Source: Paragordius varius
Lineage: Eukaryota; Animalia; Nematomorpha
Assembly (NCBI GenBank): GCA_964247055.1
Contig: OZ176054.1
Coordinates: 4,216,001 to 4,280,000, forward strand
Direction: 5' to 3'
DNA length: 64,000 bases
The notes below the pieces were generated by a model, which was given only the letters and a program-made list of their open reading frames with translations, was not told the origin of the DNA and did no database searches. Position numbers and translations under genes: made by a program. Below are positions 15,001-27,585 of the stretch, piece by piece (positions within the stretch are counted from its first letter, which is position 1; each line of letters opens with the position of its first letter).

Positions 15001-18000
15001 ACTATAATCTATGATAATGAAACCTATCATTTTGTATGATTTAGTCGAATCAAATAATACGCGTTGTTTTCTAAAACATTAAACAAAATTAATTTACTTT
15101 AAATCAATCAAGCAATTAATCCATGTTTTTAAATGAATGCCCAATTTTTTAAATAATATATCGGAGGTTAAATCCCACAAATATTGGAATTTGATCCAAA
15201 CCTCCAAATATGTATCAACTTTTTGCATAATTTTTTTGATTTGCAACGTGTATTGTTGAAATAATTGTGCCAAATTCTTATACGTTTTAACATCCAAGTA
15301 AGCCAATAATGTTTTTGATATGAAATAATTAGTATTTGCCTTTTTTAATCTATAAATTATATGAGACTCTAAAAAAAACTTATTTGACATCTTAAGTGAC
15401 ATCATTTCTTGCATGTTGGAGAAGAAAATATCCAAGCATAAAGTTTGCAATTGCTCTCGTGATGGGTGCATCACAATTATATTATTTTTGATGGATAATT
15501 CGGCATTAAACAACTACAAAATATTTGATTCATAAATGATACCTTATGAAGAACTTTGGGATTTTGCGTCTTGGATATATTACTAATGTCCAAAATCAAT
15601 GCACTAAAATGTTTTTGAGATAACTCATATAATTTTTGTGCAATCAAGCAATTCACGGTGTTTATGAAGTTGTACGACCAATACGGCAAATTAGCAAAGT
15701 TTTTGAAAAATATATTGTCAATGTATTGATTCATCAAAGCTAATTTTTCAGCGATTACATGGGATTGATTGGCCAATTTTATGTCATACATAACCTTTTG
15801 CATGTTATGATCGATTGAGAACAATTCATTACACTATAAATAATAGAGAGATAAGCAATACTGTATCCTGTAACGTGCAAACTGAATCTGAAAATGTTTG
15901 TACAAAAGATTCCAACTTGTAGGAATCCCAAAACAGTATTATACCCTATAATTAATAACATAAAATTTATTGTGATGAACCTCATTTATTTTTTGATGCA
16001 TTTTTTCTAATTCCTCGGCACATAAAAGTGCCACATTTTTATTCTCATCCAGTTTAAGGATGATAATATCATAAGCCCTCAAATTTTCAATCAAACACAC
16101 AGCAAACGGGTATATTTGTGATGTTTTATTGGCATTTGCCATTATCGAAACTGACAATCGGTAACCTAAATATTTGAGATTCCTCACCTATAAAATATAT
16201 ATATATATATAAAGCGAGGAATAAACCTCTTTGGAGAGTGTAATGAAATCCGGTAAAAAGTTTATAGACAACGAATATTTTAATTGGAGTTCATCTGGGT
16301 TTTCAAGGGCTGAGCGCTTCATTTCCGTACTAAACAATGATGATGACAAAGAATAGGTCCTATTCTGAACTCTATTACACCAATCCTCAAACAATATATC
16401 GGAGTCTAAAAGTTTTAACCTGTGCACATGTATAAAAATATATGGAGATACTTAAATGATTCCGCTTCGGCTTTTAGAGATCGGCCCTCAATATGATTTT
16501 CCCAATCCTTACCAAGGATGTTTTCGATTCGTTGAATGTACATATCTAACCGTTTCTTTATGGAACGTATCCAAATTATATGGCCTGAAACTGGTGGTAT
16601 GTCCCTTACTATGCTAAGGCGATGAGCCGATGTAGCATAGTAATCAACCTAATTCATATTACGGTACCATTAAATTTGAAATTATACAGAAAAGCTAAAA
16701 GACAAATATTTTTCAAAAGACAACCATATTATTGAAAACTTTGATTTTTAACCTATTTGATTAAAATTTTGTATAACAATGAGTTATAACATTTCACATA
16801 TTCATTGCGTATTTTTGCGAACCAAATGACTTATTTTCATAAAAAAATTATTTAATTTTTACGTTTTATCTGTATATTTTCGATATTAATATCAAAAAAT
16901 AATGGCAAAATTATACATTATATTTTTCCTTGAGATTGCGTATATCTTGTTTCACATGTGCTATCAATTGATTTTGATATTCCTTAATTGCTCCTTTAAT
17001 CCGCGGCCGTATAAAAAGAGGATTGTAATTAGCAAAAATTTTAAACATTTGGTTAGCATTTCTAGCCTTGCTAAGTTGATCTCTCAAATTTGACGTTATG
17101 ATGGATTCAATATTGTCAATTTGTAAATCATATCTAAAAAAATATATGGAAATAATGGAAAACAATTCAACACGCTTGATATTTATAAGATCGAAACAGT
17201 TGATCTTCAGAGTTGAAGGTAGCTGGTTTGAGATAAGTTTTTATTGTTGTTTTTCGATTGCTTCTATTTTTAATTTGGCAGTAAGGTCATATATATAGTG
17301 CTGAGCCAGCTTTTGAAGGGCCTGCCAGGTTTTGAGTTAGTTGTAGAGTAGGACATCATTATATGGATAAAATTATCTGGCGGTCTACGATGGATGTAAC
17401 CAGCCCATCTTAGTCTTTTGGCTCTTAGAAAGGGGTCAGAGTAAAGATTTTGAGGATATTATAGGGATTGAATTGATTAAATTTAGGATTATATATAAAA
17501 AGGATTGTTTTGAGAATTTTGGATTCAGAGTTTTGCAGTTTACTAAGGTCAGACTTTGCAATGGGCCAACATTTAAACATTCCATTTTTTTGAAAATTGT
17601 GTTTATGAGCTTAAACATTTTTGGTATAATTTGCCTTTTTTCTGTTTTTTTCTCTGGATGATTGCCCGGCTTTTCGACATATTCAAAATATAATATTATT
17701 GTTTTTTATTTTATTGATTTATATAAACCTAATCTAAATGCAATGTCTAATAAATTCAATTACGAAACTGTTACCCATTTCTAATAAATAGATGATGAAA
17801 TTCCATCAAAGGAAGTATCAGTGATAGCCTCAAACATAGGTCTTCTGAAGCATGGAAAAATCATGAACTAAAACACATAATCAATGATAAATTTATCAAA
17901 CTTGAATCGAAGTTATATTCTTACATTATCCATCCCGCGCTGACTATGGGGCGAAATGCGGGCCTATGACAAAGTCTAATCTTGGTAAATTCCAAAATAC

Positions 18001-20947
18001 TGAATCCAAAATACTCAAAACATTTCTTTTTATTCATAATCCAAATTTTATAATTTTGATAATAAATTTAATTCCTGGAAAATCCTCAAAATCACTGGTC
18101 TTGACCTCTTTCTAATTGCCAAAATACAAAGATGGGCAGGTCACATCTTCGTGGACCTCCTATTCATATAATGATTCTTTCTCCACAACCTAAAACCGGG
18201 AGACCCTTCAAAAGCTGGCTCAATACTATATATGACGACCTTACTGAATATAAACTAATAGAAACAATTGGTAAACAAAAGTAAAAATATCTCAATTTAG
18301 CTACCTAAAATAAACAGCTATGCTGGAATATAAATAATATTATCGTTTTGACAATTATTGCTTTATTTTAGTTTAATATATCAAGTCGTTTAATATCAAG
18401 CTCCAACTGAGAGTGGATTTAGTCCAATAGCATATAAATTATATTTAATGTGAGAAGATATATATTATGATTGTTTATACGTGTGTAAAGCCGATTCCCA
18501 CTCCTCATTAGTGGAAAACAAAGGATCCCCTAAGCATTGTTTAAATGTTTCATAAGCCTTTTCCAATTGCGTTAGAGTGTAGGGCTGTTGTCTTTGTTGA
18601 GATAATGGCGTTAAATAAGACTGTGAATTTCTCAACGAACAAAGTATAACGCTTTTGAAGTGTTCATGCTGTTTTCTAAACCTAAAATTTTTATAAATTA
18701 GTCATGAGATAAAAATCCAACTTTTCCATCTTCACAAAAAGTTGTAGCAATGTTTTGTGGGATAGATTTATGCGCATAAAGAGTTTCATTGAGTCGCCCT
18801 TGCGTTTATTCATATCCTTTAATAAATTTAGGAATTTTTCATAATTTTCATCCCAGACCAAAAATGTCCCAAAGATTAATGACATGACCTATGTGAACAT
18901 ATGTATTTTATATAGAAAAATCCAAAAATAGCCGATTAATTATTTATTAATGATACTGGTATGGCTCCAATTTTCATTTTAAATTAAGGGATATTAATAA
19001 AAAGAAAAAAACCTAGCCTAAAAAATCTAGGAAACGGGCCATCCTAAAAAAAGAGTATGATGAATCCATGTATTTCCGGTATAAAATAAATTAAATTTTT
19101 AAACCAGTTTTTTATGTATTAAAATATTGGCGAACATCTGTTTGAAATTGCATAATAATTTTATCCTTTATTGACATGTGAAAGTCGAACAGTTAAAAAG
19201 GAGCAGTTTGAATAAAAAGGTGATGAGAGAGATTAGCAGCCACAAAGAAATTTAGCTAAATTAATTAAATGTAATATAATTAATTACCTTTTGAAATTCA
19301 AAAAATGGAAGTGCCAAAAAATTCCCGATATGAATCGAGACTTTAATCAATTGATTTTTGAAATCTTGGCTAATTAATTCCAGCAGATTCAGCATTCGAT
19401 TCAAAGGGTAATGTGTGGATCGTATCTTTTTACAATGTTTAAAGATTTTGGTTAGGGCATTGCCAATGTCCTCAAAATTGTTGGCTAAGAAAAGTTCATT
19501 TATGGGAAAATTTTTGAACAATTGATTGTAATTAACAACTATATCCAGGGCATGTTTTAAACCTATAATATATAGTTATGAAATTGAGATGTAACCAATA
19601 TCAGTATCAAAGCTAATTGTTGCATGAAATCTTTTCCCTTGTTTAAGTATATCGAGCGCTAGGTTAACTTCATCGCTATTCCGTAATTCTTGAATCCTTA
19701 ATAAAGCATTCTCCAATTTATTCCACATATTAATTTCATTCAGCGTGTTGGCAGATTTTAACTCTGGATCAAATTTAGTTATCTGAAAAAGACATAAAGC
19801 TTAAATTTAATAAGATATAAGCTTGGTGGATGAACGAATAAAATACCGTATATTTTTAAAGGCTTAAACCTGATCCTAAATCTTTTTACTAAATTAAATG
19901 ATCATTATTACACGAATGAACCCTAAACTAAATCCAGATAATAAGTTTAACGGATATTAAAAAAGAAAATAACAGAGCAAAATTACAGTATAATTAGGTA
20001 TTCAGATTTTGGATAAATATAATCCATAAATTAGAAAGTAAATCGTAGACCTGAAATTCTAATTGTTTATACCATTTATTATACGATTAAAAAAACGCAA
20101 GAATGGTTGTTAACACGTGTATTATTACCATATCCAAAATTTCAGTGAAATTCTTGTGCAAAACCAAGATCGATAATTAGGTAAAAATGTAAAAAAAACA
20201 AACCTTTTGTATGTCGTGAATCCAAGTGTTGACCTGATTTTGTACAGCATTTAAGAAAGTTGAATCATTAATTTTGTCGGAAAAATCCTCTATTTTAACT
20301 TTTCTATTTTGATTCCGACATTCGTCAATAACTTGTTTAATATATGGGTGAGGATCCAAACTAACCAATGGAACATTAAAATCCTGTTGTAACTGCATTA
20401 GACCCATTTCAAGTTCGATCATTTTTTTCTCTAACGAGGGAATTAATTTGCTGAAATTAGCAAAAAAATACTTATCAGATTGGCTTTTTGCAATCGATTT
20501 AAAATATAAAATTAAGGTATCGCTAATTAGAGACCTCATAGTTTCATAAGGTGATTCATAATCCATAATATTAATTCGAAATTGATCATTTAAAATACCA
20601 GTTAAATTGATGTCTTTGGATTTTTTAGTTACAAATACACTAAAATAATATTTTATTTACCATTTTCGTAAATTAAGTGTATTACCAATATCCAATTGCA
20701 AATCAATAAATTTATTTTCATCTTAATTGTTACATTATATAATACCTGACTTCATATCCTTAATAATCAAATGCGATAAAGTTGTATCTTGTATATAAGA
20801 CATAATAGTAGGCAAAACCAAATCATCATGCTTAAAATAATTTACAATTTTTTCCCCTCCAATATCTTGCAAATGAAGGCAAGATATCTCAATCAAAAAG
20901 GGAACAAATTTTTCGTTTATATATGTTACCAACTCGTTTTCCATCAT
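1..20947 (-). CDS. DYNC1H1: Cytoplasmic dynein 1 heavy chain, multi-exon (dozens of mostly 21-40 nt introns); C-terminus continues beyond the left edge
   Basis: Spliced translation gives canonical motifs: tail [18 protein letters not shown]; AAA1 GPAGTGKT and [10 protein letters not shown]; AAA2 GPSGSGKS; AAA3 CGPPGGGKT and [14 protein letters not shown]; AAA4 GTSGGGKT; stalk [15 protein letters not shown]; AAA5 NPLIIDP and [12 protein letters not shown]. The ATG at 20947 is the most plausible start. Confidence 0.97.
11640..14290 (-). mobile_element. Degenerate RTE-clade non-LTR retrotransposon (APE endonuclease + RT) inside dynein intron 11427-14886
   Basis: 13839-14276 encodes DILALQETR...RRNGVAVII...CGDFNGH (APE). 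The RT region has [13 protein letters not shown] and a mutated YADD (YAAD). The C-terminus [11 protein letters not shown]...[12 protein letters not shown] is at 11561-12013. Several stops and frameshifts; boundaries approximate. Confidence 0.92.
17240..17680 (-). mobile_element. LINE 3' fragment (RT C-terminal region), copy 1, in dynein intron 17134-18480
   Basis: Minus-strand translation gives [22 protein letters not shown]...[11 protein letters not shown]...GRPFKSW, typical of the end of a LINE ORF2. Confidence 0.75.
17745..18290 (+). mobile_element. LINE 3' fragment of the same family, copy 2, in opposite orientation
   Basis: Plus-strand remnants [34 protein letters not shown] and GRPFKSW. 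Shares an exact 19-mer with copy 1 (18204-18222 vs reverse complement of 17302-17320). Confidence 0.78.
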
Positions 20948-21659
20948 ATGAACAAATGTATTCAAGCGTAAACGTATGCTCGATATTATAACGGTCTGTT
21001 TCTATATCTAAATTTAATATATGTACAGTTAGAGTCTCTTTTCTTCTTTTACTAAAAAGTAATAAATTGTATCCGAAAAAACTGGGCTGAGACTGATGAT
21101 AGAAAAAATGCGTAGTTTCGGGGTTAGAACTCTGGCACACATTGTAGGAGTTCTACGCCCTACCTACTATATCATCACGACTTAAGTTAAAAATATTAAA
21201 GGCGATCAACCAATTTTACATCAAATTATATTATGATTATAAAAGTGTTAAGTTTAAGCTTAATCTTAAAATTACCATTTATGCATTCATTCTTACAATA
21301 TTAAATTATTCCTTAAATGTTATGATAACCTCTAAATAAGAGTGATAGGTGATATGAATATACACTGCCAGTACATAGTTATTTCCAACTCATGATAATA
21401 TAATTCCTTCATGCTAGTTAAGGTTACTAGAAATAATTCTTGTGTATATTGTATCCAGCCTGGAGATGTTTAAAAAAACCTCACGGACCACATTTTCGGC
21501 ACAAAATATTTGACAAAATTATAAGAAATATGGGTATAAAGAGACCAAACGTATTACTGTGATTTCTTTACAAAAACAATTCACATTATAAAATGATGTG
21601 TCTATTTTAGAATGCAAAAATTATGGTTAAATCAAAATTTATAAATTTTAAGGACGTGA

Positions 21660-21760
21660 TCAAGGACCAACTGAAGTGTTCAAGGACCAACTTGAATTGT
21701 TCAAGGACCAACTTGAAATGTTCAAGGACCAACTTGAAGTGTTCAAGGACACTCTTAAGT
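21660..21760. repeat. Tandem repeat, about 5 copies of a 21-bp unit (gttcaaggaccaacttgaagt)
   Basis: tcaaggac recurs at 21660, 21680, 21701, 21722 and 21743. Confidence 0.9.
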
Positions 21761-21764
21761 GCAA

Positions 21765-21900
21765 ATGGTATATAAATGCAAAATTTTGCAATGGTTTCGA
21801 TTCCCTCCATATTTTTTAAAGAATTTAATTTTATACCAGCCCGGGATATTTAACTACCCCATAATTCGAAGGACCACAACGAATGTGTTGTATTTAAGTG
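21765..21900 (-). mobile_element. piggyBac-like MITE, one-end fragment (copy A)
   Basis: Ends in ...gaatgtgttgtatttaagtg followed by TTAA at 21901-21904; matches the termini of full copies. Confidence 0.75.
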
Positions 21901-22391
21901 TTAACAGTGATAGGTTGCTACGGGAGATCACACACATTTTTATGTTGTTAGCATACTCTCGTAATGTCACTTGCTAACCTACCTTTCCATTGAGTTAGGT
22001 ATTTTTTGACTTATTATATTAAAATTTTATGCAAATGTTTTTTTAGTGAGCATTTTTTAATTTTTTTATACGAATTACCTGGAATCATTGCTAAAAGGCT
22101 GATCCCACATTTTTATATAAATTAATTGTTGAAGATTTAGAACTTACTTAATGATTATTTATTTTTCTTGCCCTTATTTTTTGAGGATGATTCAGAATTA
22201 GACATTTTTAAACCTCTATTAATATTAATATCTAAATTTATGACTTATTAAAGGTTTTATTTTTTATTAAATTTGGATAATATATTAACATTAAATATTT
22301 TAGCCCGGTAAAACAAAAACTTATATATAGCGGTATTAATTTTTACATCTAAATAAATACGAGTTCATTAATTGGTTCTGATAGAAAAATC

Positions 22392-23697
22392 ATGGATGAT
22401 GAAGCATTGACACTATCTTGCATTTATGGTTCAGACATCTCAAGTAAATTACATGTAATCCTAAACAGTCGAAAACAATTGTGTAAATTGTACCCTTATT
22501 TCGAACTCAAGTAATATTTTAATTTTTATTTTAGGAAAACTGGATATATGCATAAATATCACACCAGATTACCCTTATGAATATCCAATTATAACTATTT
22601 TAAATGATGAAATAGACGAACAACATAAAGAAGATGCAATAAGATCCGTTTTTGACCAAGTTATTGAAATTTCGATTTTTATTAGTCTAAAAATATGCCA
22701 TTTCCATTTGAATCAGTGGTTTCCAACATTAATGGCTGGGCGGACCGCATTCGCAGATTATATGGGCATTGATAAAAGATTTCCTCAATTATAAACATAT
22801 GAACCAAAATTACTAGAACAATATAACTATTTATTTGAGTATTTTTTGCTTCATTGCCAAACCTTGGAAGGTCGTATTGAAAAAATTTGTTAAAAAAATA
22901 TCAATTTGTAAATAGCATTCCTTTTAATTACTAAATCTATATTTGGTGTTTTTTGTTGAAATTTTGTACACCCCTAATTTAAATTATACCGGCTTTAAAG
23001 CCAATGATTTTTAATACACATTCAAGCCATATTTATGCATTAAAGTATTTAGCTTCGATTTTGTTACTGTTTGTTTTAATTATTTTAATATGGTTCAATC
23101 CTTAAAATGCGGTTAAAGTGGCTTGTCTCACCTTTTTTAAATCTTATCTGCTTTTGAGTTTCAGATTTATTAAATACATTTACGTAAAATAATGTTTTAT
23201 TTTCAGATGAAAATGTACGCACTATGTACTGATTATAATGTACACAATTGTTGAACATTCGGAATTTATCATACTTTCTCGTATAAAATATCATTTAATA
23301 TTTTATATATAACTTTTTATAGCTTGAACCGTTCAAAGGAACATACATGATTTATGCAATACTAAACTTTTTACAAGAATGGTTAGATAATTTCGATGAA
23401 TATCACACAATTGTCTCAGATAAGCCTCAGCTTGCTTACGTATTTTTCTTCAAAATTATTTTTTAGGAAATTAAGGATGGGAAACCTGTCACCATTGAAA
23501 CATTCAATGAATGGAAGTCATCTTTTTTGAAAGATAAACAAAGTGTAAAAACGAAAAAAATTACTGGGAGAGATATGTTTGAACAAAATATTACATATGA
23601 ACCTGATATTATTGAAAATGACATAGAAATTGACGCTGATTTATTTGAAATTAATCTAGACAATGAATTATTAAGTCTAAAATTGGAAAATAAATAA
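22392..23697 (+). CDS. RWDD1: RWD domain-containing protein 1 (Gir2-like), multi-exon
   Basis: Spliced translation gives MDDEALTLSCIYG...TPDYPYEYPII (RWD YP motif)...GTYMIYAILNFLQEWL...GKPVTIETFNEWKSSF...KITGRDMFE...IEIDADLF, matching the RWDD1 architecture. Confidence 0.85.
22714..22752 (+). mobile_element. Possible hAT-type MITE terminus remnant in an RWDD1 intron
   Basis: cagtggtttccaac...gggcggaccgc resembles CAGTGGTT(C)CCAAC hAT/Charlie MITE ends; no matching second end found. Confidence 0.3.
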
Positions 23698-23748
23698 AAA
23701 GTTATCACATTTTGAGATTGATTAGATTGTGCGTTTTGACTATGTCAT

Positions 23749-26630
23749 TTATACATTATAAGTTGATGAGGACACATCACCGCCGTGTCCAGTCCAATTA
23801 GTATGGACAAATTTTCCCGGAGCGTTTTCTAATTCATAGGTGTGGGCCCCAAAGTAATCTCGTTGAGCCTAAATGTAATAAATAAATATGTTCTATTGGA
23901 TGAATTTAACATTAAACATCATAAATCAATGAAAAGGAAAAATAGAAATAGCGTAAAAACTATAATACCAGAAATAAGTAGTAGTCTAGCTATTAAATTC
24001 GAACAGAAAATATCTTTTATTAGTTAATATATATTATGTTGTACCATTTTTATGAACAACATCATGATGGAGAAACCAAAAGACAGCATATATATTTTAA
24101 CAAAAACCAAACCCAAACCTGTATAAGATTAGCAGGTAAACGGTTGCTTCGATATCCATCATAAAAAGCAAGCGCAGCAGAATAACATGGAAGGGGTATG
24201 CCTTCAATTACAGCCGTGGCCACAACTTTGCGCCACGAATCCTGAGCCTCGATAATTGAGTTTTTAAAGAATTCATCCGTCATGAGATTATGGAGTTTGG
24301 GATTTTTTTCGTAGGCTTCTTTTATGTTCTTGAGAAATTTGCTATAAAATACAATTGTGAAAAAAAATACCTTCTTATAATACACCCTCCACGCCATAAC
24401 AAAGCAATGGTGCCAAAATTTAAATTCCATTTATATTTTTCGGAGGCTGTTCTAAAAAGCATGAATCCTTGGGCATATGATATTATTTTGCTGGCATACA
24501 AAGACTATAATGGTTATAAATAAGAGTTACCTTTCGTATCCAGTCCAGAAATTCGGATTTTTTTCCTTGAAAATTGACTTTTTTAGTTTTAGGGAAAATA
24601 ACACTGGCCGCAACTCTATATTGACATTTTTAATATGCATATTGTGAATATATCATATAAACCAATTTTATTATATATTTTTGAAACTTTTATATTCGTG
24701 TGCCAAAGACGAAACAATTTATAACATATAGAATGCCAAGTCAATATCTTTTAAAAAATTTGATAAAAAAAAATTTTGGATTCAGATTTTTGTAAACTAT
24801 TATTTGCCCGTATAAAAAATACTTTTTTGAGGGGAGGGCACTGTCCTAAAACATAAGAAAAATAAAAACAGCTATTTTGATTATAAATATGTGTATTTTT
24901 CGTTTTTATTCATACTTTAGATGAAATTTTTATATAATTATATTTAAATATATTTAATGAACGAATCCTAATCAACTTCAGCAGTTATTTTGCTTTAATT
25001 TAGGCTTAAATATAAATATTAAATTAAAGCCGAATCAAGTTGTTTTACTGCGCACATAAAGTCTCAAAACAATTAACGGTATATAAAGTTCTAAGTCATA
25101 TATTAAAAGCCCAGAGATTGATTCGATATTATGTTTTAAAAAACAATAAATATTTTTTAAATGTTTCTATTTATTACGAAATCGGGCTAAGGTTTTTAAA
25201 AAAACGTTTATTAGTAGCTGACAAAAAATTGGATCTTTGTATGAATTTTTATTTATTACATATATTTATTTTAAAATAAAAAACATAAATCGAATTGAGA
25301 GGTTTACTTTTATATCACTTTTTCTTAAATAATATAAAACAGGCATATAATTTATAATGTCAACAATTTTAAATCGTAGTCCAAGTAAAAATAAATTATT
25401 CGCCTTTATAACATTTGGTAACAATATATATTGTTTAAGTATAAAAATACCTTTCATTTTTAAGGGCGGACAAACATCGTGCAAAAACGGCTTCGCCTAT
25501 CAGTGTAAGGGGCATAGCTTCATTAAGTGCACTAATAACAGTCCATTTACCTGTACCTTTCTTACGGTAATAATTATTAATTTATACTTGTCCGGCAGCA
25601 TCTCTAATCTCATCAATTAAAAATTTTCCCTCCTTTGTCTTGTATTTAAATATTTGGGACGTAATTTCAATTAAAAAAGATTCAAGCTCAGTTTTATTCC
25701 ATTGATCAAAAGTCTAAATATTTCATTTAAAAACGAAATTCAACTTGTGCTATTTCCTCGTTATTCATTTCCAAAAATTCTTTCATCATCCAATATGCTT
25801 CAGATATAAGCTGCATATCTCCATATTCTATACCGTTATGGACCATTTTAACAAAATGTCCCGCCCCATCATTCCCAAGCTAAATAAATATATTATAAAA
25901 TCAGTGAGTGGTGAGGAAGGTTTAAAAAGTATTAGTCGTGGAGAAGAAATTCAAATTTTTGCACATAATCAGGAAATATATTAATAGAAATTTTTTTAAT
26001 GTTTTTCATATTCATATTTTTAAAAATCTTAATTATGCTTACCCAATCGCAACATGGCTGACCATCGGCTTGAGCCGCAATTTTTTGTAGAATTGGCTTA
26101 ACAGTTGGCCTTAAATTAAATGTAATTTGTACCATGCATCAGGATTGCCACCGGGCATGAGTGAAGGTCCATGGCGAGCTCCATCCTCACCTCCACTTAC
26201 ACCCATTCCAATGAATAAGAGTTTATCTTTTTTAAGCTCATTACAACGTCTCTATAATATTTAAAGGTTATATAACTGTGGAATCATCGTATTCCGAATT
26301 ACCCCCATCAATAATAATATCACCGGGCTTAAGATGAGGCTTTAATTTTATGATAAAATCGTCTACAGCTGCACCGGCTTTTACCATAAGCCAAACGATT
26401 CTAGGTTCTTTTAACTGGCTGGTGAATTCTTCTATGGTGTGAGCTCCAATAACATTTGTATTTTTCGCTTCATTATTAAGAAACCGATCCACTTTTTCAA
26501 CGGTACGATTAAAAACGCATACTTTAAACCCATTATCGTTCATATTAAGAACCAAGTTTTGACCCATAACGGCCAAACCAATTAGACCAATGTCAGCTCT
26601 AAAATTTATCAAATACACAAACTTTGTCAT
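23749..26630 (-). CDS. PGD: 6-phosphogluconate dehydrogenase, decarboxylating, complete and multi-exon
   Basis: [97 protein letters not shown]. All junctions I traced are GT-AG. Confidence 0.98.
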
Positions 26631-26993
26631 GCTGGTAACTCAAGGTGAAAATTTTAAATACCACAAGATATGAGAGATGTAATAGTGCTTTGTCATAATA
26701 AAAAAATATTTTATGTTTTTTTAATTTTGATTTGTAACATGTTAGGGTATATATACCAAAACGACTTAACTTTTTACCTCCGTCTATAGTATTTTTTGAT
26801 TTAAAAGTAAACTTATAAAAAAAATACCTCAATTTATTTACTAGTTTGGGCATTTTTTTTCAATTAAATCTTTATTTATCTCTGTTATAGTTTTTTAGGT
26901 TTTATTGCTTTTAAAATAGCCATATATTTGATAGACCCAATTTGAAATATTTTCCATATATAAAGAAAAATTATGGGTAGCATAATATATTAA

Positions 26994-27555
26994 CAATTCG
27001 ATTCAAATTGGGACTAAATTTAAATTAATATTTTTAAAAAACTACTGAAGGAAACGGTCCCAATTTAAATTTATGCTTATCCTGATAAATATTATATTAA
27101 TATACCAAATAATCTTGATAAAATTTTGTTTTGTAAAAAAAGCTTCATCTCAAACTACTTCGACGCCATTTTTATTTTACAAAATTTTTGCATAATATCC
27201 TCTTATTTAATTTTAAGGGTAAAACTAAAGCTTATTTTTAATATAAATTACATCTAACATTGATAGAAATAGAATAAGCGGCTTAGTTTGTATAATTTTT
27301 CAATTTTACAATTTGACACATGCCACGTTGATCAAATTTTTACTTTTCGGTTTTAGCTTAAAATAAGTAATATCAAGTATTTTTGAATAAAATTTTTTAT
27401 ATATTTCGGTTTATTAGTGTTATATAAGTGCAAAATTTTGCCATGGTTTTGATTCCTTCCATAGTTTTTAAAAAATTTAATTTTAAACAGGCTTGGGGTA
27501 TTTAACTACCCCAATTTGAATCGAAGAACTAAAATGAATGTGTTGTATCCAAGTG
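26994..27555 (-). mobile_element. piggyBac-like MITE, full length (copy B)
   Basis: TTAA-caattcgattcaaattggg at the left end; ...gtgttgtatccaagtg-ttag at the right end; interior matches copies C, E and H in reverse. Confidence 0.85.
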
Positions 27556-27585
27556 TTAGTAAATCGATTTTTGAAAACATTATCA

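Noticed and set aside
1521-17298. Plus-strand ORFs opposite dynein and the LINE (for example 1521-1751, 2803-3072, 8329-8709, 10465-10761)
   Set aside because: These are shadow ORFs antisense to real coding exons, with no recognisable homology.
21722-21750. Heat-shock element in the tandem repeat
   Set aside because: The GAA-to-TTC spacing is 3 nt rather than the canonical nGAAnnTTCn.
21660-21760. CRISPR-like array
   Set aside because: The repeats are directly adjacent with no unique spacers, there are no cas genes, and the context is eukaryotic. The KLVLEHF-repeat ORF is a by-product of the 21-bp period.
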